A DNA stretch of 64,000 nucleotides from an uncultured Pelagibacteraceae bacterium (GTDB taxonomy: Bacteria > Pseudomonadota > Alphaproteobacteria > Pelagibacterales > Pelagibacteraceae). The stretch spans positions 68,203 to 132,202 of the forward strand of contig CACOSS010000001.1 of assembly GCA_902629955.1 (NCBI GenBank). The letters run 5' to 3'. The translations under genes were made by a program, and so were the position numbers. The notes under the pieces were generated by a model that made no database searches, was not told the origin of the DNA, and saw nothing but the letters and a program-made list of their open reading frames with translations. This document shows positions 38,451 to 50,898 of this stretch, in pieces; the stretch's first letter is position 1, and each line of letters starts with the position of its first letter.

Positions 38451-39710
38451 ATGAACATTGGAATTATTGGAAGTGGTGGCAGAGAACACTCGCTTTGTTT
38501 TAAACTTAAAGAATCAAGCATCGTCAATAAAATATTCTGTTTTCCAGGAAATGCTGGCACAGAATTAATTGCTGAAAATATAAATATAGATATCTCAGAT
38601 TTCAAAAAAATTCAGAGTACTTGTGATGAAAAAAAAATAGAATTAATTATTGTTGGCCCAGAAAAGCCCTTGGTTGATGGTATTGTTGAATATTTTAAAG
38701 AAACAAAAATAAAAATTTTTGGCCCAGACAAGATATGTGCGCAATTAGAAGGATCAAAAACTTTTACAAAAAAACTTTGTAAAAAGCATAAAATACCAAC
38801 ATCAAGCTTTGAAATTTTTAATGATGAAAAGTCAGCTTTAAATTATCTAACATCTACAAAATATCCGCTAGTGGTAAAAGCAGATGGACTAGCAGCAGGC
38901 AAAGGAGTTTATATTTGTAAAAATCAGGGAGATGCGAAACTTGCGGTAAAAGAAATATTTAATGGACGCTTTGGTAAAGCTTATTGTGTCCTTATTGAAG
39001 AATTTTTAAATGGTGAAGAAATGAGTTATTTTGTTATTTCAGATGGTGCTACTCATAAATTTTTTCAAACAGCTCAAGATCATAAGCGTGTTGGTGAAAA
39101 TGATACAGGTAAAAATACAGGAGGTATGGGGGCATACTCTCCCTCGAGACTTTATAACACTGAACTTGATAAAAAAATTAAAGAGAGAATTATAGAACCA
39201 ACCTTAAATGGAATTAAAGAACTAGGAGTAAGTTACTGTGGGTTTTTATATATTGGATTGATGATTGTTAATAATGATCCTTACCTTATAGAATTTAACG
39301 TGAGAATGGGTGACCCAGAATGCCAAACTATACTACCAATACTAGAAACAGATTTAGGAAAAATAATTTTAGCTTGTTGCGATAGAAAATTAAATAATAT
39401 CGAAATTAAATGGAAAAAGAAGAAAAGTGTATGCGTTGTTTTATGTTCAAATGGATATCCAGATGATTTCAAAAAAAATACAAAAATTAATCAATTGAAA
39501 AATATTAAGCTTGATAGCGATGAATATTTGTTCCACGCTGGAACAAAAATTGAAAATGGCGAATATTTAGCTATCGGTGGAAGAGTATTAAACATAATTG
39601 CAACAACAGAAAGTTTTAAGATATCAAAAAAAAAAACATTAAAAATTTTAAACGATATAGATTGGCAAGAAGGTTTTTTTAGAAAAGACATTGCTTATAA
39701 AGTAACTTAA
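38451..39710 (+). CDS. purD: Phosphoribosylamine--glycine ligase
   Basis: GSGGREH, VGPE, LEGSK, KADGLAAGKGV, QDHKR, NTGGMG, RMGDPE. Confidence 0.97.
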   Translation: MNIGIIGSGGREHSLCFKLKESSIVNKIFCFPGNAGTELIAENINIDISDFKKIQSTCDEKKIELIIVGPEKPLVDGIVEYFKETKIKIFGPDKICAQLEGSKTFTKKLCKKHKIPTSSFEIFNDEKSALNYLTSTKYPLVVKADGLAAGKGVYICKNQGDAKLAVKEIFNGRFGKAYCVLIEEFLNGEEMSYFVISDGATHKFFQTAQDHKRVGENDTGKNTGGMGAYSPSRLYNTELDKKIKERIIEPTLNGIKELGVSYCGFLYIGLMIVNNDPYLIEFNVRMGDPECQTILPILETDLGKIILACCDRKLNNIEIKWKKKKSVCVVLCSNGYPDDFKKNTKINQLKNIKLDSDEYLFHAGTKIENGEYLAIGGRVLNIIATTESFKISKKKTLKILNDIDWQEGFFRKDIAYKVT

Positions 39711-39711
39711 T

Positions 39712-40275
39712 ATGAGAATAATTGGTGGTAAATTTAAAAATAAAAAAATTTTTTTACCAACTGATAAACAAACGCGACCACTCAAAGATATTGTAAGAGA
39801 ATCAATTTTTAATATTATTGAACATTCAAATCTTATAGAAAATAAAATTTTAAATTCATCTGTCCTTGATCTGTACTCGGGATCAGGTTCTTTTGGTCTT
39901 GAGTGTTTATCAAGAGGTGCATCTAAAGTTGTTTTTTGTGAAAACTATTTACCAGCGTTTAAAATTTTAAAAAAAAATCTTAACGATCTAAATTTTTATA
40001 ATCAAATAGAATTGTTTAACGAGGAGGTTTTGAAAGTTATTGAAAAATCAAATAATTATAAAACAATGTACGATATTATTTTTATGGATCCTCCTTACAA
40101 GGAAAATAAAATTAGTGAGTTACTGGTTTATATTTTTGAAAAAAAAATTATAAAAAAAAATAGTTTACTCATTTTACATAGAAATAAAAAAACTAAAGAA
40201 AAATTTCCCATAAATTTTCGGGTACTTTTGGAAAGAACATATGGTTCATCAAAAATTTATTTTGGAAAATTTTAA
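39712..40275 (+). CDS. rsmD: 16S rRNA m2G966 methyltransferase
   Basis: MRIIGG, TRP, DLYSGSG, DPPY. Confidence 0.93.
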   Translation: MRIIGGKFKNKKIFLPTDKQTRPLKDIVRESIFNIIEHSNLIENKILNSSVLDLYSGSGSFGLECLSRGASKVVFCENYLPAFKILKKNLNDLNFYNQIELFNEEVLKVIEKSNNYKTMYDIIFMDPPYKENKISELLVYIFEKKIIKKNSLLILHRNKKTKEKFPINFRVLLERTYGSSKIYFGKF

Positions 40276-41432
40276 TTTTTAAGAATTTTATTTGCTTCAG
40301 TTTTGATTAATTCTACCGAAGGCTGATCGAAAGGATTGACTTTCATTAAATCTCCTAAAAGAATAGTTTCCAACATAAAAAATGTAAATAATTCACCTAG
40401 AGCCTCTTCTGAACGTTGTAAAACTCTAAAACTTCTAAACGGTATATTTTTTTTTCTAAATATATTTTCGGTAGCTTTTTTTTGTGCAGATTTAATCTGG
40501 TATAAATTTTTATTTTTTAAGAAGTTATATGATTGCAATATTTCTAAATTATTAATTTTTTGATTATCATGATCATTTACATCAAAGAAAGTAAAAAAAG
40601 AATTTTTCGGTCCATCTAAGTATAGTTGCATTAAACTGTGATTATCTTTTGGCATACTCGAAATCAAAGGTAAGATGCCCTTTGAGTTTTTTCCTAGACT
40701 CTCCGCTAATAGTTGTTGATACCATTTAAATAAGTCAGTTGAAAGTTCGTCATAATTTAAGATTATGGAGTTAAATTTTTTATTACTCAAAAAATATTTA
40801 ATTGATACTACTCCATCTAATAGTGAGTTTATAAATTTTTTATTTTTGATTAAGTTGTTTAAATTTTTAAATTTTTCTGCTTTTAATCCCATAAAAATCG
40901 CTGGCAACATTCCAGCTTCAGAGAGTACGGAGTATCTGCCACCAATATAATTTTTATGAGAGATAATGTCACAACTGAGTTTATTTGCCAAAGTCTTAAT
41001 GTAGTTGTCAGAATTTTCACACACAAATAAGTTTCTTTTTTTTCCCTTAATTACCGAATAGTTCGAAATTGTTTCAAGGGTATTACCCGACTTTGAGATT
41101 ATAATATTAAGTCTCTTTGTTTTTTTTTGATAATTATTTTTAGAACTCAGATTATCGATAAATGTAAATTTTTTTTGGATTTTGGGACTTAAAAAATTAT
41201 AAATAGCTTTAGCTCCTAAAGAGGATCCACCCATGCCAATTAAATTATAATTATTAAATTTTTTATATTTTTTTATTTGAGATTGAGAAAAGTTATATTT
41301 ATAGTTTTTTGAGAAACTCTTTACTAGCTCATAATTTTTATAATAATTAAGAGATTTTAAAATTTGACTTTTTATTTTTTTTTTATTCTTAACAACTCCA
41401 AATTCTTTTAAAGAGATATTTTTATTAAACAT
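40272..41432 (-). CDS. pgi: Glucose-6-phosphate isomerase (short form)
   Basis: GMGGSSLG, SKSGNTLET, GGRYSV, QLLAESLGK, HS..QL, PFDQPSVE..K. Confidence 0.92.
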   Translation of the reverse strand: MFNKNISLKEFGVVKNKKKIKSQILKSLNYYKNYELVKSFSKNYKYNFSQSQIKKYKKFNNYNLIGMGGSSLGAKAIYNFLSPKIQKKFTFIDNLSSKNNYQKKTKRLNIIISKSGNTLETISNYSVIKGKKRNLFVCENSDNYIKTLANKLSCDIISHKNYIGGRYSVLSEAGMLPAIFMGLKAEKFKNLNNLIKNKKFINSLLDGVVSIKYFLSNKKFNSIILNYDELSTDLFKWYQQLLAESLGKNSKGILPLISSMPKDNHSLMQLYLDGPKNSFFTFFDVNDHDNQKINNLEILQSYNFLKNKNLYQIKSAQKKATENIFRKKNIPFRSFRVLQRSEEALGELFTFFMLETILLGDLMKVNPFDQPSVELIKTEANKILKN

Positions 41433-41746
41433 TAATTATTCTTGATTTGTTTAAGTACAAAATCTTCGGCTGACTTATCTTTACTTTCAAAACTGGTATC
41501 AATTTCGCTGTGTTGCAATAATTTTTCTATATCTTTTTTTATTTCCTCTGCCTGATCTGTAATTTCACTTTCAGTTTTAGGTTTTGGTAGAGATCCAAAA
41601 TCTGGTGGAATTTCTAAAGGGTTTTTCTTTTCTATTAAAAATTCATCACTATTTTTATTTTTATTACCAGCTAAACCATCTTGTATAGTTTGACAGGCAT
41701 TCAAAAGGAAGAATATAAAAATTAAAAAAATATATTTATTTTGCAT
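41432..41746 (-). CDS. DUF3035-like lipoprotein
   Basis: Lipobox LNAC, DEF....PL.IPPDF.LP.P; downstream of lspA. Confidence 0.8.
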   Translation of the reverse strand: MQNKYIFLIFIFFLLNACQTIQDGLAGNKNKNSDEFLIEKKNPLEIPPDFGSLPKPKTESEITDQAEEIKKDIEKLLQHSEIDTSFESKDKSAEDFVLKQIKNN

Positions 41747-42234
41747 TATGTCTCCTCTTTATTGAAAAATAATTCAACAAAAATAAGGCATATGACACCA
41801 ATTGAAATAAATATATCAGCTAAGTTAAAAATAAACCAATGAAAACCATTGTAATTTATATCTATAAAATCAGGAACTGCAGAATAATAAAGTCTATCGA
41901 ATAGGTTGCCAAGTGATCCACCTAAAATGACAAAAAATATAAGTCCTTTAAAATTACTTGCCTTTACACCAAGATATAAAATTACTAAATTAACTAATAC
42001 AATTATTAATGTTATTAAATTATAAATAAATTGTTTTTCAAACGATAATAATCCAAACCCTATTCCTGTGTTCCAAACTAAAATAATATTTAAAAATTGA
42101 TTTAGATAAATATCTACTTTGCCGTAAGTTTCAGCAATATTTATAACGTAAATCTTTGAAATTCTATCTAAAGTAAAAATTAATAATGTAATTAAAAAAT
42201 AAATAATAATTTTCTTATTTATAAAATTTATCAT
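41746..42234 (-). CDS. lspA: Lipoprotein signal peptidase II
   Basis: D..SK, WNTGIGFG, GNLFDR, V.DFI, FNLADIFI. Confidence 0.96.
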   Translation of the reverse strand: MINFINKKIIIYFLITLLIFTLDRISKIYVINIAETYGKVDIYLNQFLNIILVWNTGIGFGLLSFEKQFIYNLITLIIVLVNLVILYLGVKASNFKGLIFFVILGGSLGNLFDRLYYSAVPDFIDINYNGFHWFIFNLADIFISIGVICLIFVELFFNKEET

Positions 42235-42241
42235 TTAATTT

Positions 42242-44968
42242 TTATGTTGGATGCCTTTCGCATTCTGCCTCAGTAATTTTCCAACAAACAGGACATTTTT
42301 TTCCTTTTGCTTTTGAAGTTTTTACCTCTATATTGTCTTTTGCATTTTCATCCAAAATAGTATTTGCAAGTGAAGTTATACATATTTCTGAAAAATCATA
42401 TTTTTTTGCAAGGTCATATAGGTCCTTTGTCAATCTAATATCAATTGCGGTTTCTAAGCTAGATCCTATTGTTTTGGCTGCTCTTTTTTCTTCAATGCTA
42501 ATGTTTGCAACATCCCTTATTTTGTTTATTTTTTCCCAGTTTTTATTAAGTTCCTCATTTTTCCAAGATTTTGGAAATTCTGGAAACTTTTTTAAATGAA
42601 TACTATTTTTTTCATCTTTGTTTAAAAGACTGAAAATTTCCTCTGTAGTAAAAGATAAAATCGGTGCAAACCATTTTAATAAGGCGTCCAATATTGTATT
42701 TAATATTAAAATGCAACTTTGTCTCTTATCTGAATTTTTTTTATCACAGTATAAAGTGTCTTTCCTTATATCAAAGTAGAACGACGAAAGATCCACAGTA
42801 CAAAAGTTTAATAATTCTTTGTATAAAACATGAAAATTATATTCTTTAAAGTTTGAATTAAATTTTTCATTTAAAATATACAATTTATGTAACATTAGCT
42901 TTTCGAGTTCAGGGAGTTTAGTAAAGTTAATTTTGCTATATTCTTGTTCAGAATAGTTGTCATTTATGTTGCCCATTAAATATCTAAATGTATTTCTAAT
43001 CTTTCTGTATGCTTCAGCATGTTGCTCTAAAATTGAGTAATCTATTCTTAAATCTTCAGAGTAGTCGGATGCAGTCACCCAAACTCTAAGGATATCTGCT
43101 CCATATTTTTTTAGAATATCCTCTGGAAAGATCTGGTTCCCTAAAGATTTTGACATTTTCAAACCCTTACCATCCATTACAAATCCGTGAGATAAGATAC
43201 TTTCAAATGGAGCTCTGCCTCTTGTTCCACAAGATTCTAATAATGATGAGTGAAACCATCCTCTATGTTGATCAGATCCCTCTAGGTACATAGATGCAGG
43301 CCATTTTAAATCTCCTCTTTTTTCTAGAACAAATGAATGTGTAGATCCACTATCAAACCAAACCTCAACAATATCTTTTAGTTTAACAAAATCTTCAGCT
43401 TTATATTTATCTCCTAAAAACTTTTGAGGGTTATCTGAAAACCAGCAATCTGATCCTTCTTTTTCGTAAATAGATGCAATATTTTCAAACACATCTTCAT
43501 CTACTAAAACCTTGCCGTCAGATTTAGAAATAAATATAGGCAATGGTACGCCCCAAACTCTTTGTCTAGAAACACACCAATCTGGTCTTGTTTCAATCAT
43601 TGATCTTAATCTTTCTTTCCCTTTTGCAGGATAAAATTCTGTATCATCAATAGCTTTTAAAGCTTTATCTCTTAATTTATGGCTTTCCATAGAAATAAAC
43701 CATTGAGGTGTAGCTCTATGGACTAATGGAGCTTTAGATCTCCATGAATGGGGATATGAGTGATTTAGTTTTCCATTCGCTAATAAATTTTTTTCATTTT
43801 TAAGCTTTTCAATAACAATTGGGTTTGCTTTAAAAATATGAATACCTTCAAAATTTAAAACATGTTTTGTATACTTTCCATCATCATCAACTGTTTCGAC
43901 AGCTTTGATATTATTATTTAAACATAAATTAAAATCATCTGGACCATGGCTTGGAGCGCAATGTACTATTCCTGAGCCTTGTTCTGTTGTAACAAACCTT
44001 GCCTCAAGCATCGGTATATCATAATTGTAACCTAAGTTTTTAAATGGATGGGAGCAAACTACTCCATCAAAATCAGATCCGTTTATTTCAATTATAATTT
44101 TGTAGTCGTTAATTTTACAATCCTCAACTACACTTTTTAACAGATCTTTTGCAACGATAATTTTTCTATTGTTAAAATCACCTTTGTCATTAACTTGTAT
44201 TGCAATATATTTTAAAGATTTGTTGTAAGCTAAAGCTTTATTTGCTGGTATCGTCCATGGTGTAGTTGTCCAAATAATTACTTCAGCGCCTAAAAGATTT
44301 TTTAATTTTGATTTTTGAATAGGAAACGAAACATAAATTGTATCTGATGTATGATCCATATATTCAACCTCTGCATCAGCAAGAGCAGTTTTTTCTACAG
44401 TGGACCACAAAACTGGCTTGTAGCCTCTATATAAACTACCTTCTTTTAAAAATTTACCCAATTCTCTTACTATTTGAGCCTCAGCATCATAACTCATTGT
44501 AGAATAGTAATTTTCCCAATCTCCGACAACTCCAAGCCTTTTAAATTGCTCTTTATGAACTTTGATCCACTTATTAGCAAATTCTCTGCACTCTTTTCTA
44601 AATTCAACGACTGGTACGTCATTTTTATTTTTTTTATTTTTTTTATATTGCTCCTCTATTTTCCATTCAATCGGTAACCCATGACAATCCCATCCAGGAA
44701 CATATACTGAGTCTTTACCATCCATTTGATGAAATTTTGTAATTATATCTTTGAGGATTTTATTAAAAGCTGTTCCCATATGAATATTACCATTTGCATA
44801 AGGAGGCCCATCGTGAAGAACAAACTTTTCTTTACCTTTATTATTTTCTCTTAATAAATTGTAAAGATCGATTTTATTCCAATGTTCAACGATCTTAGGT
44901 TCTTTCAATGGAAGATTTGCTTTCATTGAAAAAGCTGTTTTTGGAAGGTTTATTTGATCTTTGCTCAT
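42242..44968 (-). CDS. ileS: Isoleucine--tRNA ligase (type 1)
   Basis: LHDGPPYANG, GWDCHGLPIE, WTTTPWT, SRQR.WG, EGSDQHRGWF, KMSKS, C-terminal CPVC. Confidence 0.98.
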   Translation of the reverse strand: MSKDQINLPKTAFSMKANLPLKEPKIVEHWNKIDLYNLLRENNKGKEKFVLHDGPPYANGNIHMGTAFNKILKDIITKFHQMDGKDSVYVPGWDCHGLPIEWKIEEQYKKNKKNKNDVPVVEFRKECREFANKWIKVHKEQFKRLGVVGDWENYYSTMSYDAEAQIVRELGKFLKEGSLYRGYKPVLWSTVEKTALADAEVEYMDHTSDTIYVSFPIQKSKLKNLLGAEVIIWTTTPWTIPANKALAYNKSLKYIAIQVNDKGDFNNRKIIVAKDLLKSVVEDCKINDYKIIIEINGSDFDGVVCSHPFKNLGYNYDIPMLEARFVTTEQGSGIVHCAPSHGPDDFNLCLNNNIKAVETVDDDGKYTKHVLNFEGIHIFKANPIVIEKLKNEKNLLANGKLNHSYPHSWRSKAPLVHRATPQWFISMESHKLRDKALKAIDDTEFYPAKGKERLRSMIETRPDWCVSRQRVWGVPLPIFISKSDGKVLVDEDVFENIASIYEKEGSDCWFSDNPQKFLGDKYKAEDFVKLKDIVEVWFDSGSTHSFVLEKRGDLKWPASMYLEGSDQHRGWFHSSLLESCGTRGRAPFESILSHGFVMDGKGLKMSKSLGNQIFPEDILKKYGADILRVWVTASDYSEDLRIDYSILEQHAEAYRKIRNTFRYLMGNINDNYSEQEYSKINFTKLPELEKLMLHKLYILNEKFNSNFKEYNFHVLYKELLNFCTVDLSSFYFDIRKDTLYCDKKNSDKRQSCILILNTILDALLKWFAPILSFTTEEIFSLLNKDEKNSIHLKKFPEFPKSWKNEELNKNWEKINKIRDVANISIEEKRAAKTIGSSLETAIDIRLTKDLYDLAKKYDFSEICITSLANTILDENAKDNIEVKTSKAKGKKCPVCWKITEAECERHPT

Positions 44969-45897
44969 TTTAATTTTTTAGCTATTTTTACATCTTTTTT
45001 TATCTGTTTTTTTAATTCATCTATACCATTAAATTTTTTTTCACCTCTGATAAACTTCAAAAACTCAACAGTTAGCTTTTTATTATAAAGATTTTTTTTA
45101 AAATTAAAAATATTTACCTCAAGAAGAATTTTATTTTGGTTAAATGTAGGTCTATAACCCAAGTTTGCGATTCCACTCAGTTTTTTTTTTGTCTTATTAA
45201 TTAAGATTTTAACTGCATAAACTCCCGGTTTAGCTATGACATAATTTCCAATATCAATGTTGCAAGTTGGAAACCCTATAGTTTTACCCAGTCTTCTTCC
45301 AAATTGTACAATTCCTTGAATGGACCAATTTCTATTCAAATATTTATTGGCAGTATAGATTTGTCCATTTTCTAAAAGTTTCCTTATAGATGTTGAAGAT
45401 ATAATCTTATTATTTTTTTTTAAAGGTGATGGATTTATAATTCTATAATTAAATTTCTTTTCAAAAAATTTTAATAATTTTACATCTCCCTCACGCTTAT
45501 TTCCAAATCTAAAATTATTACTTACAAAAATTAATTTTGCAGACAACTTTTTGTAGAGAAATTTTTCAATAAATTTATTGCATTTTATCTTCGAAAATTT
45601 TAAGTCAAACTTTTTATTAATAACAAAATCTACCTCAAATTTTTTTAAAATTTCTAGCTTTTGATCTAAGTTAGATATTCTATAATTTTTAATTTTTTTA
45701 AAAAAAAACATTTTAGGGATTGGATCAAATGTCACTACACCAATTTTATATTTTTTTCTTTTTTTCAATATCAAGGCTTTTTTAAATAATTTTTGATGTC
45801 CTAAATGAACACCGTCAAAATTACCAATTAATATGATTGAGTTTTTGTGTTTTTTTTGAACATCAAAATTTTTGTAATATTTTATTTTTCTTACCAT
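44965..45897 (-). CDS. ribF: Bifunctional riboflavin kinase/FAD synthetase
   Basis: GNFDGVHLGH, ISSTSIR, GKTIGFPTCN, G.RPT, LEV. Confidence 0.96.
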   Translation of the reverse strand: MVRKIKYYKNFDVQKKHKNSIILIGNFDGVHLGHQKLFKKALILKKRKKYKIGVVTFDPIPKMFFFKKIKNYRISNLDQKLEILKKFEVDFVINKKFDLKFSKIKCNKFIEKFLYKKLSAKLIFVSNNFRFGNKREGDVKLLKFFEKKFNYRIINPSPLKKNNKIISSTSIRKLLENGQIYTANKYLNRNWSIQGIVQFGRRLGKTIGFPTCNIDIGNYVIAKPGVYAVKILINKTKKKLSGIANLGYRPTFNQNKILLEVNIFNFKKNLYNKKLTVEFLKFIRGEKKFNGIDELKKQIKKDVKIAKKLK

Positions 45898-46706
45898 TTC
45901 AAAAATGATTGATAGTAATCAATCTTTACATTGTATTTAAATTGAACTTTTTCAATATTTTTATCTATTTCTTTTTTATGTATACCAGAGGATATTAGCA
46001 TAGAGTCGAAATTTTGAATATTAGCTCCTTTTATATCCGTATTAAGATTATCTCCAATACACAATATTTTTTTATTTTTTATATCTGCAGCTTGTTGATA
46101 CACATTTGGATAAGGTTTTCCAAAATATTCAACCTTACCTCCAAGGTCTTCAAATATTTTCGCTACCGACCCTGCGCAATATTCTGTAATATTACCTCTA
46201 TCTACGATCAAATCAGGATTTGTACATATCATTTTTTTACCAATCACGTTTTTAAATAATTCTGCATAATATTTTAGGTCTTCTTCGTATTCTTCGAAAA
46301 GTCCAGTGCATAATATGAAATCGGATTGTTTTAAATTGTCAATTTTATTTTTTTCAAACAGTTTAAAAAGATCAAAATCTTTAGGGGGTCCAATATGATA
46401 AAAATTTTTGTCTTTATAATTTTTTTCTAGATGTTTAAGTGCAGACTGCCCAGATGTATAAACTTTGCTACATTTATTCTCGTCTAATCCCATTTTTTCT
46501 AAGAATTCAATTACGGTTTTATTTGGTCTTGGTGCATTAGTGAGCAAAATATATTTCTTATTTAATTTTTCTAATTCATCTAAAACATTAACAGAAGTTT
46601 GATACAGACTTATTCCATTATGAAGCACTCCCCAAATATCTATAAAAAAGACATCGTAGTTGTTTGCTACTGACTTCAGTCCTAAATCATCTAAATTTTT
46701 TGGCAT
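45891..46706 (-). CDS. HAD-IIA hydrolase (TIGR01459-like)
   Basis: DIWGVLHNG, LTNAPR, CTNPD, GKP, IGDNLNTDI. Confidence 0.9.
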   Translation of the reverse strand: MPKNLDDLGLKSVANNYDVFFIDIWGVLHNGISLYQTSVNVLDELEKLNKKYILLTNAPRPNKTVIEFLEKMGLDENKCSKVYTSGQSALKHLEKNYKDKNFYHIGPPKDFDLFKLFEKNKIDNLKQSDFILCTGLFEEYEEDLKYYAELFKNVIGKKMICTNPDLIVDRGNITEYCAGSVAKIFEDLGGKVEYFGKPYPNVYQQAADIKNKKILCIGDNLNTDIKGANIQNFDSMLISSGIHKKEIDKNIEKVQFKYNVKIDYYQSFLKW

Positions 46707-46773
46707 TTAGGAGATATAGCTTAAAAAAATCAATATTTCTTGGTTTTTTAAGCTTTAAATTTCTTGATGATAT

Positions 46774-46802
46774 CTTGAAATATTAGCTAAGCATCTTTAT
46801 AT
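46774..46802 (+). promoter_or_regulatory. Sigma32 (RpoH)-type promoter of groESL
   Basis: CTTGAA-N15-CTTTATAT, 25 nt upstream of the groES ATG. Confidence 0.6.
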
Positions 46803-46827
46803 GATCCACATATTTAAAGGAGTTTTT

Positions 46828-47121
46828 ATGAAATTTAAACCTTTGCACGATAGAGTGCTAATTGAAGTTCTAGATGGCAGTGAAAAAACTGCGGGTGGAA
46901 TAATCATACCAGACACGGCTCAGGAAAAACCGCAAGAGGGCAAAGTTGTTGCTGTAGGTGGTGGAGCAAAAACTGAAGATGGAAAAATAATCCCGATGGA
47001 TGTTAAAGTTGGAGATAAAGTTCTTTTCGGTAAATGGTCTGGTACAGAAGTTAAAATTGATGGAAAAGAATACAGCATAATGAAAGAGTCAGACATTATG
47101 GGTATTTCAACAGGAAAATAA
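46828..47121 (+). CDS. groES: Co-chaperonin GroES
   Basis: [24 protein letters not shown]; RBS AAGGAG. Confidence 0.98.
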   Translation: MKFKPLHDRVLIEVLDGSEKTAGGIIIPDTAQEKPQEGKVVAVGGGAKTEDGKIIPMDVKVGDKVLFGKWSGTEVKIDGKEYSIMKESDIMGISTGK

Positions 47122-48792
<1,671 letters not shown>

Positions 48793-48842
48793 TACGTTTC
48801 CATTAAGATAACACTCTAAATACATACACTAAACAAAATTAC

Positions 48843-48875
48843 AACCCTCGAAACGAATGTTTCGGGGGTTTTTTT
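48843..48875 (+). terminator. Rho-independent terminator of groESL
   Basis: AACCCTCGAAAC-GAAT-GTTTCGGGGGTT followed by a T-tract. Confidence 0.88.
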
Positions 48876-48913
48876 ATTTGAATTAAAATTTTTTAATATA
48901 TAACGACCAAAAA

Positions 48914-50740
48914 ATGAAAAATACAATACGGAATATAACAATAATTGCTCACGTTGATCACGGTAAAACTACTTTAATTGATAATTTAATGAAACAAAGT
49001 GGTTCATTTAGAGAAAACGAAATTATAAATGAAAGATTAATGGATAGTGGTGAGCTTGAAAAAGAGAGGGGAATTACAATTTTAGCAAAGCCAGCATCAA
49101 TAAATTGGAAAAAATCTAGAATAAATATAATAGATACCCCGGGACATAGAGACTTTGCGGCTGAAGTTGAACGAGTATTAAGTATGGCAGATGGTGCTTT
49201 ATTGCTGATAGACTCAGCTGAAGGAGTAATGCCTCAGACCAAATTCGTTTTAGCAAAAGCTCTTAAACAAGGTTTAAAACCTATAGTCATAATTAACAAA
49301 TTAGATAAATCTGATCAGAGAGCAGATGAGGTTTTAAACGAGACTTTTGATTTATTTGTTAGCTTAGACGCAAATGAAGAGCAACTGGATTTTCCTGTTA
49401 TTTATGCAAGTGGGAGATCGGGTTGGGCGGATAAAGAGATTAATGGTGCTAGAAAGAATTTAAATCCACTTCTAGATTTAATCATTGAGCATGTGAGGCC
49501 ATCAGACTTGGATAGAACAAAACCATTCGCAATGTTATCTACTCTTCTATATGCTGATAGCTATCTTGGTAGAAGTCTTGTGGGAAGGATATCGCAGGGT
49601 ACCGCTAGATCTAATCAAAAAATTAAAGCAATAAATTTAAATGGTGAAAAAGTTGATGAGGGAAGATTAACTAAAATATTTAGATACGAAGGAACAAAAA
49701 AAGTACCGATCGAAATCGGTGAAGCCGGAGATATAGTAATTGTTGCGGGCTTAGAAAAAGCAAATGTAGCTGACACTATTTGTGATTTAGAAATTAACGA
49801 ACCTATAAAAGCAACACCCATAGATCCTCCAACTATCTCTATAAAAGTTACAGTTAATAGCTCTCCACTAGCCGGCACTGAGGGAAAGAAATTAACAAGT
49901 ACTCAAATTAGAGAAAGACTAATTCAGGAGTCGGAAAATAATGTTGGAATATCATTTTCAGAAAATAGTAGTAAAGATTCTTTTGAAATTAGTGGAAGAG
50001 GAGAGTTAATGTTAGAGATACTTCTTACTCAAATGAGACGTGAAGGTTTTGAAATGACAGTAAGTCCTCCAAAAGTTTTGTTTAAAAAAAATAAAAATGG
50101 AGAAAAATTAGAACCATTTGAAGAAATTACAATGGATTTAGATGAGGTGTATTGTTCAAAAGTCATTGATTCATTAAATAAGAGAAAAGGAAGAATGATC
50201 GACCTAAAAGATACTGGTAAAAATAAAAAAAGACTTTTGTTTCAAGCGCCTTCAAGAAGTTTGATGGGTTATACAGGAAAGTTTTTAACATTAACAAAGG
50301 GAACAGGTATTATAAATAGGATATTTCATTCTTATGGAAATTTTGAAGGAGAAATGGAAGGTAGAAGAAATGGAGCCTTAATATCAATGGAGCAAGGAAA
50401 AGCTGTAGCATTTGCAATTTTTAACTTACAGGCAAGGGGTGAAATGTTTGTTACACATAATGATCCTGTATACACAGGCATGATAGTTGGTTTAGCTCCA
50501 AAGCCAGGTGATATGATAATTAATGTTATGAAGGGAAAAAAATTAACAAACATGAGAACACAAGGTACTGATGAAAACGTTGTTCTTACACCGGTCAGAA
50601 AAATGTCAATAGCAGAACAATTAAGCATTCTTAATACTGATGAAGCATTGGAAATAACACCTAAATCTTGCAGATTACGTAAAGCTATACTTGATCCAAA
50701 CGAGAGAAAAAAAAGTGAAAAATTAATGTCTAGTTTTTAA
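48914..50740 (+). CDS. typA: Translational GTPase TypA/BipA
   Basis: AHVDHGKTT, ERGITILAK, DTPGH, NKLD, GRGEL, KKLTNMR. Confidence 0.96.
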   Translation: MKNTIRNITIIAHVDHGKTTLIDNLMKQSGSFRENEIINERLMDSGELEKERGITILAKPASINWKKSRINIIDTPGHRDFAAEVERVLSMADGALLLIDSAEGVMPQTKFVLAKALKQGLKPIVIINKLDKSDQRADEVLNETFDLFVSLDANEEQLDFPVIYASGRSGWADKEINGARKNLNPLLDLIIEHVRPSDLDRTKPFAMLSTLLYADSYLGRSLVGRISQGTARSNQKIKAINLNGEKVDEGRLTKIFRYEGTKKVPIEIGEAGDIVIVAGLEKANVADTICDLEINEPIKATPIDPPTISIKVTVNSSPLAGTEGKKLTSTQIRERLIQESENNVGISFSENSSKDSFEISGRGELMLEILLTQMRREGFEMTVSPPKVLFKKNKNGEKLEPFEEITMDLDEVYCSKVIDSLNKRKGRMIDLKDTGKNKKRLLFQAPSRSLMGYTGKFLTLTKGTGIINRIFHSYGNFEGEMEGRRNGALISMEQGKAVAFAIFNLQARGEMFVTHNDPVYTGMIVGLAPKPGDMIINVMKGKKLTNMRTQGTDENVVLTPVRKMSIAEQLSILNTDEALEITPKSCRLRKAILDPNERKKSEKLMSSF

Positions 50741-50898
50741 ATTTTTGTTTTTTTATTTGAAATTTTTTTTCCTAACCTCTTCATGGTGGATGAAAAGTTA
50801 ATCTAACAAATTTATGTAGTCTAATTCTAACAAACCACATTCTAAAATTATACTTTTTTGGTGAGTTGTATAAATCACTAATTTGTTGAAAATTTTAT

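Noticed and set aside
40272-41432. Short pgi as a possible pseudogene
   Set aside because: All catalytic motifs are present in one intact frame; more consistent with a compact form
46707-46827. CIRCE element upstream of groES
   Set aside because: No TTAGCACTC-N9-GAGTGCTAA; only a sigma32-like promoter is seen
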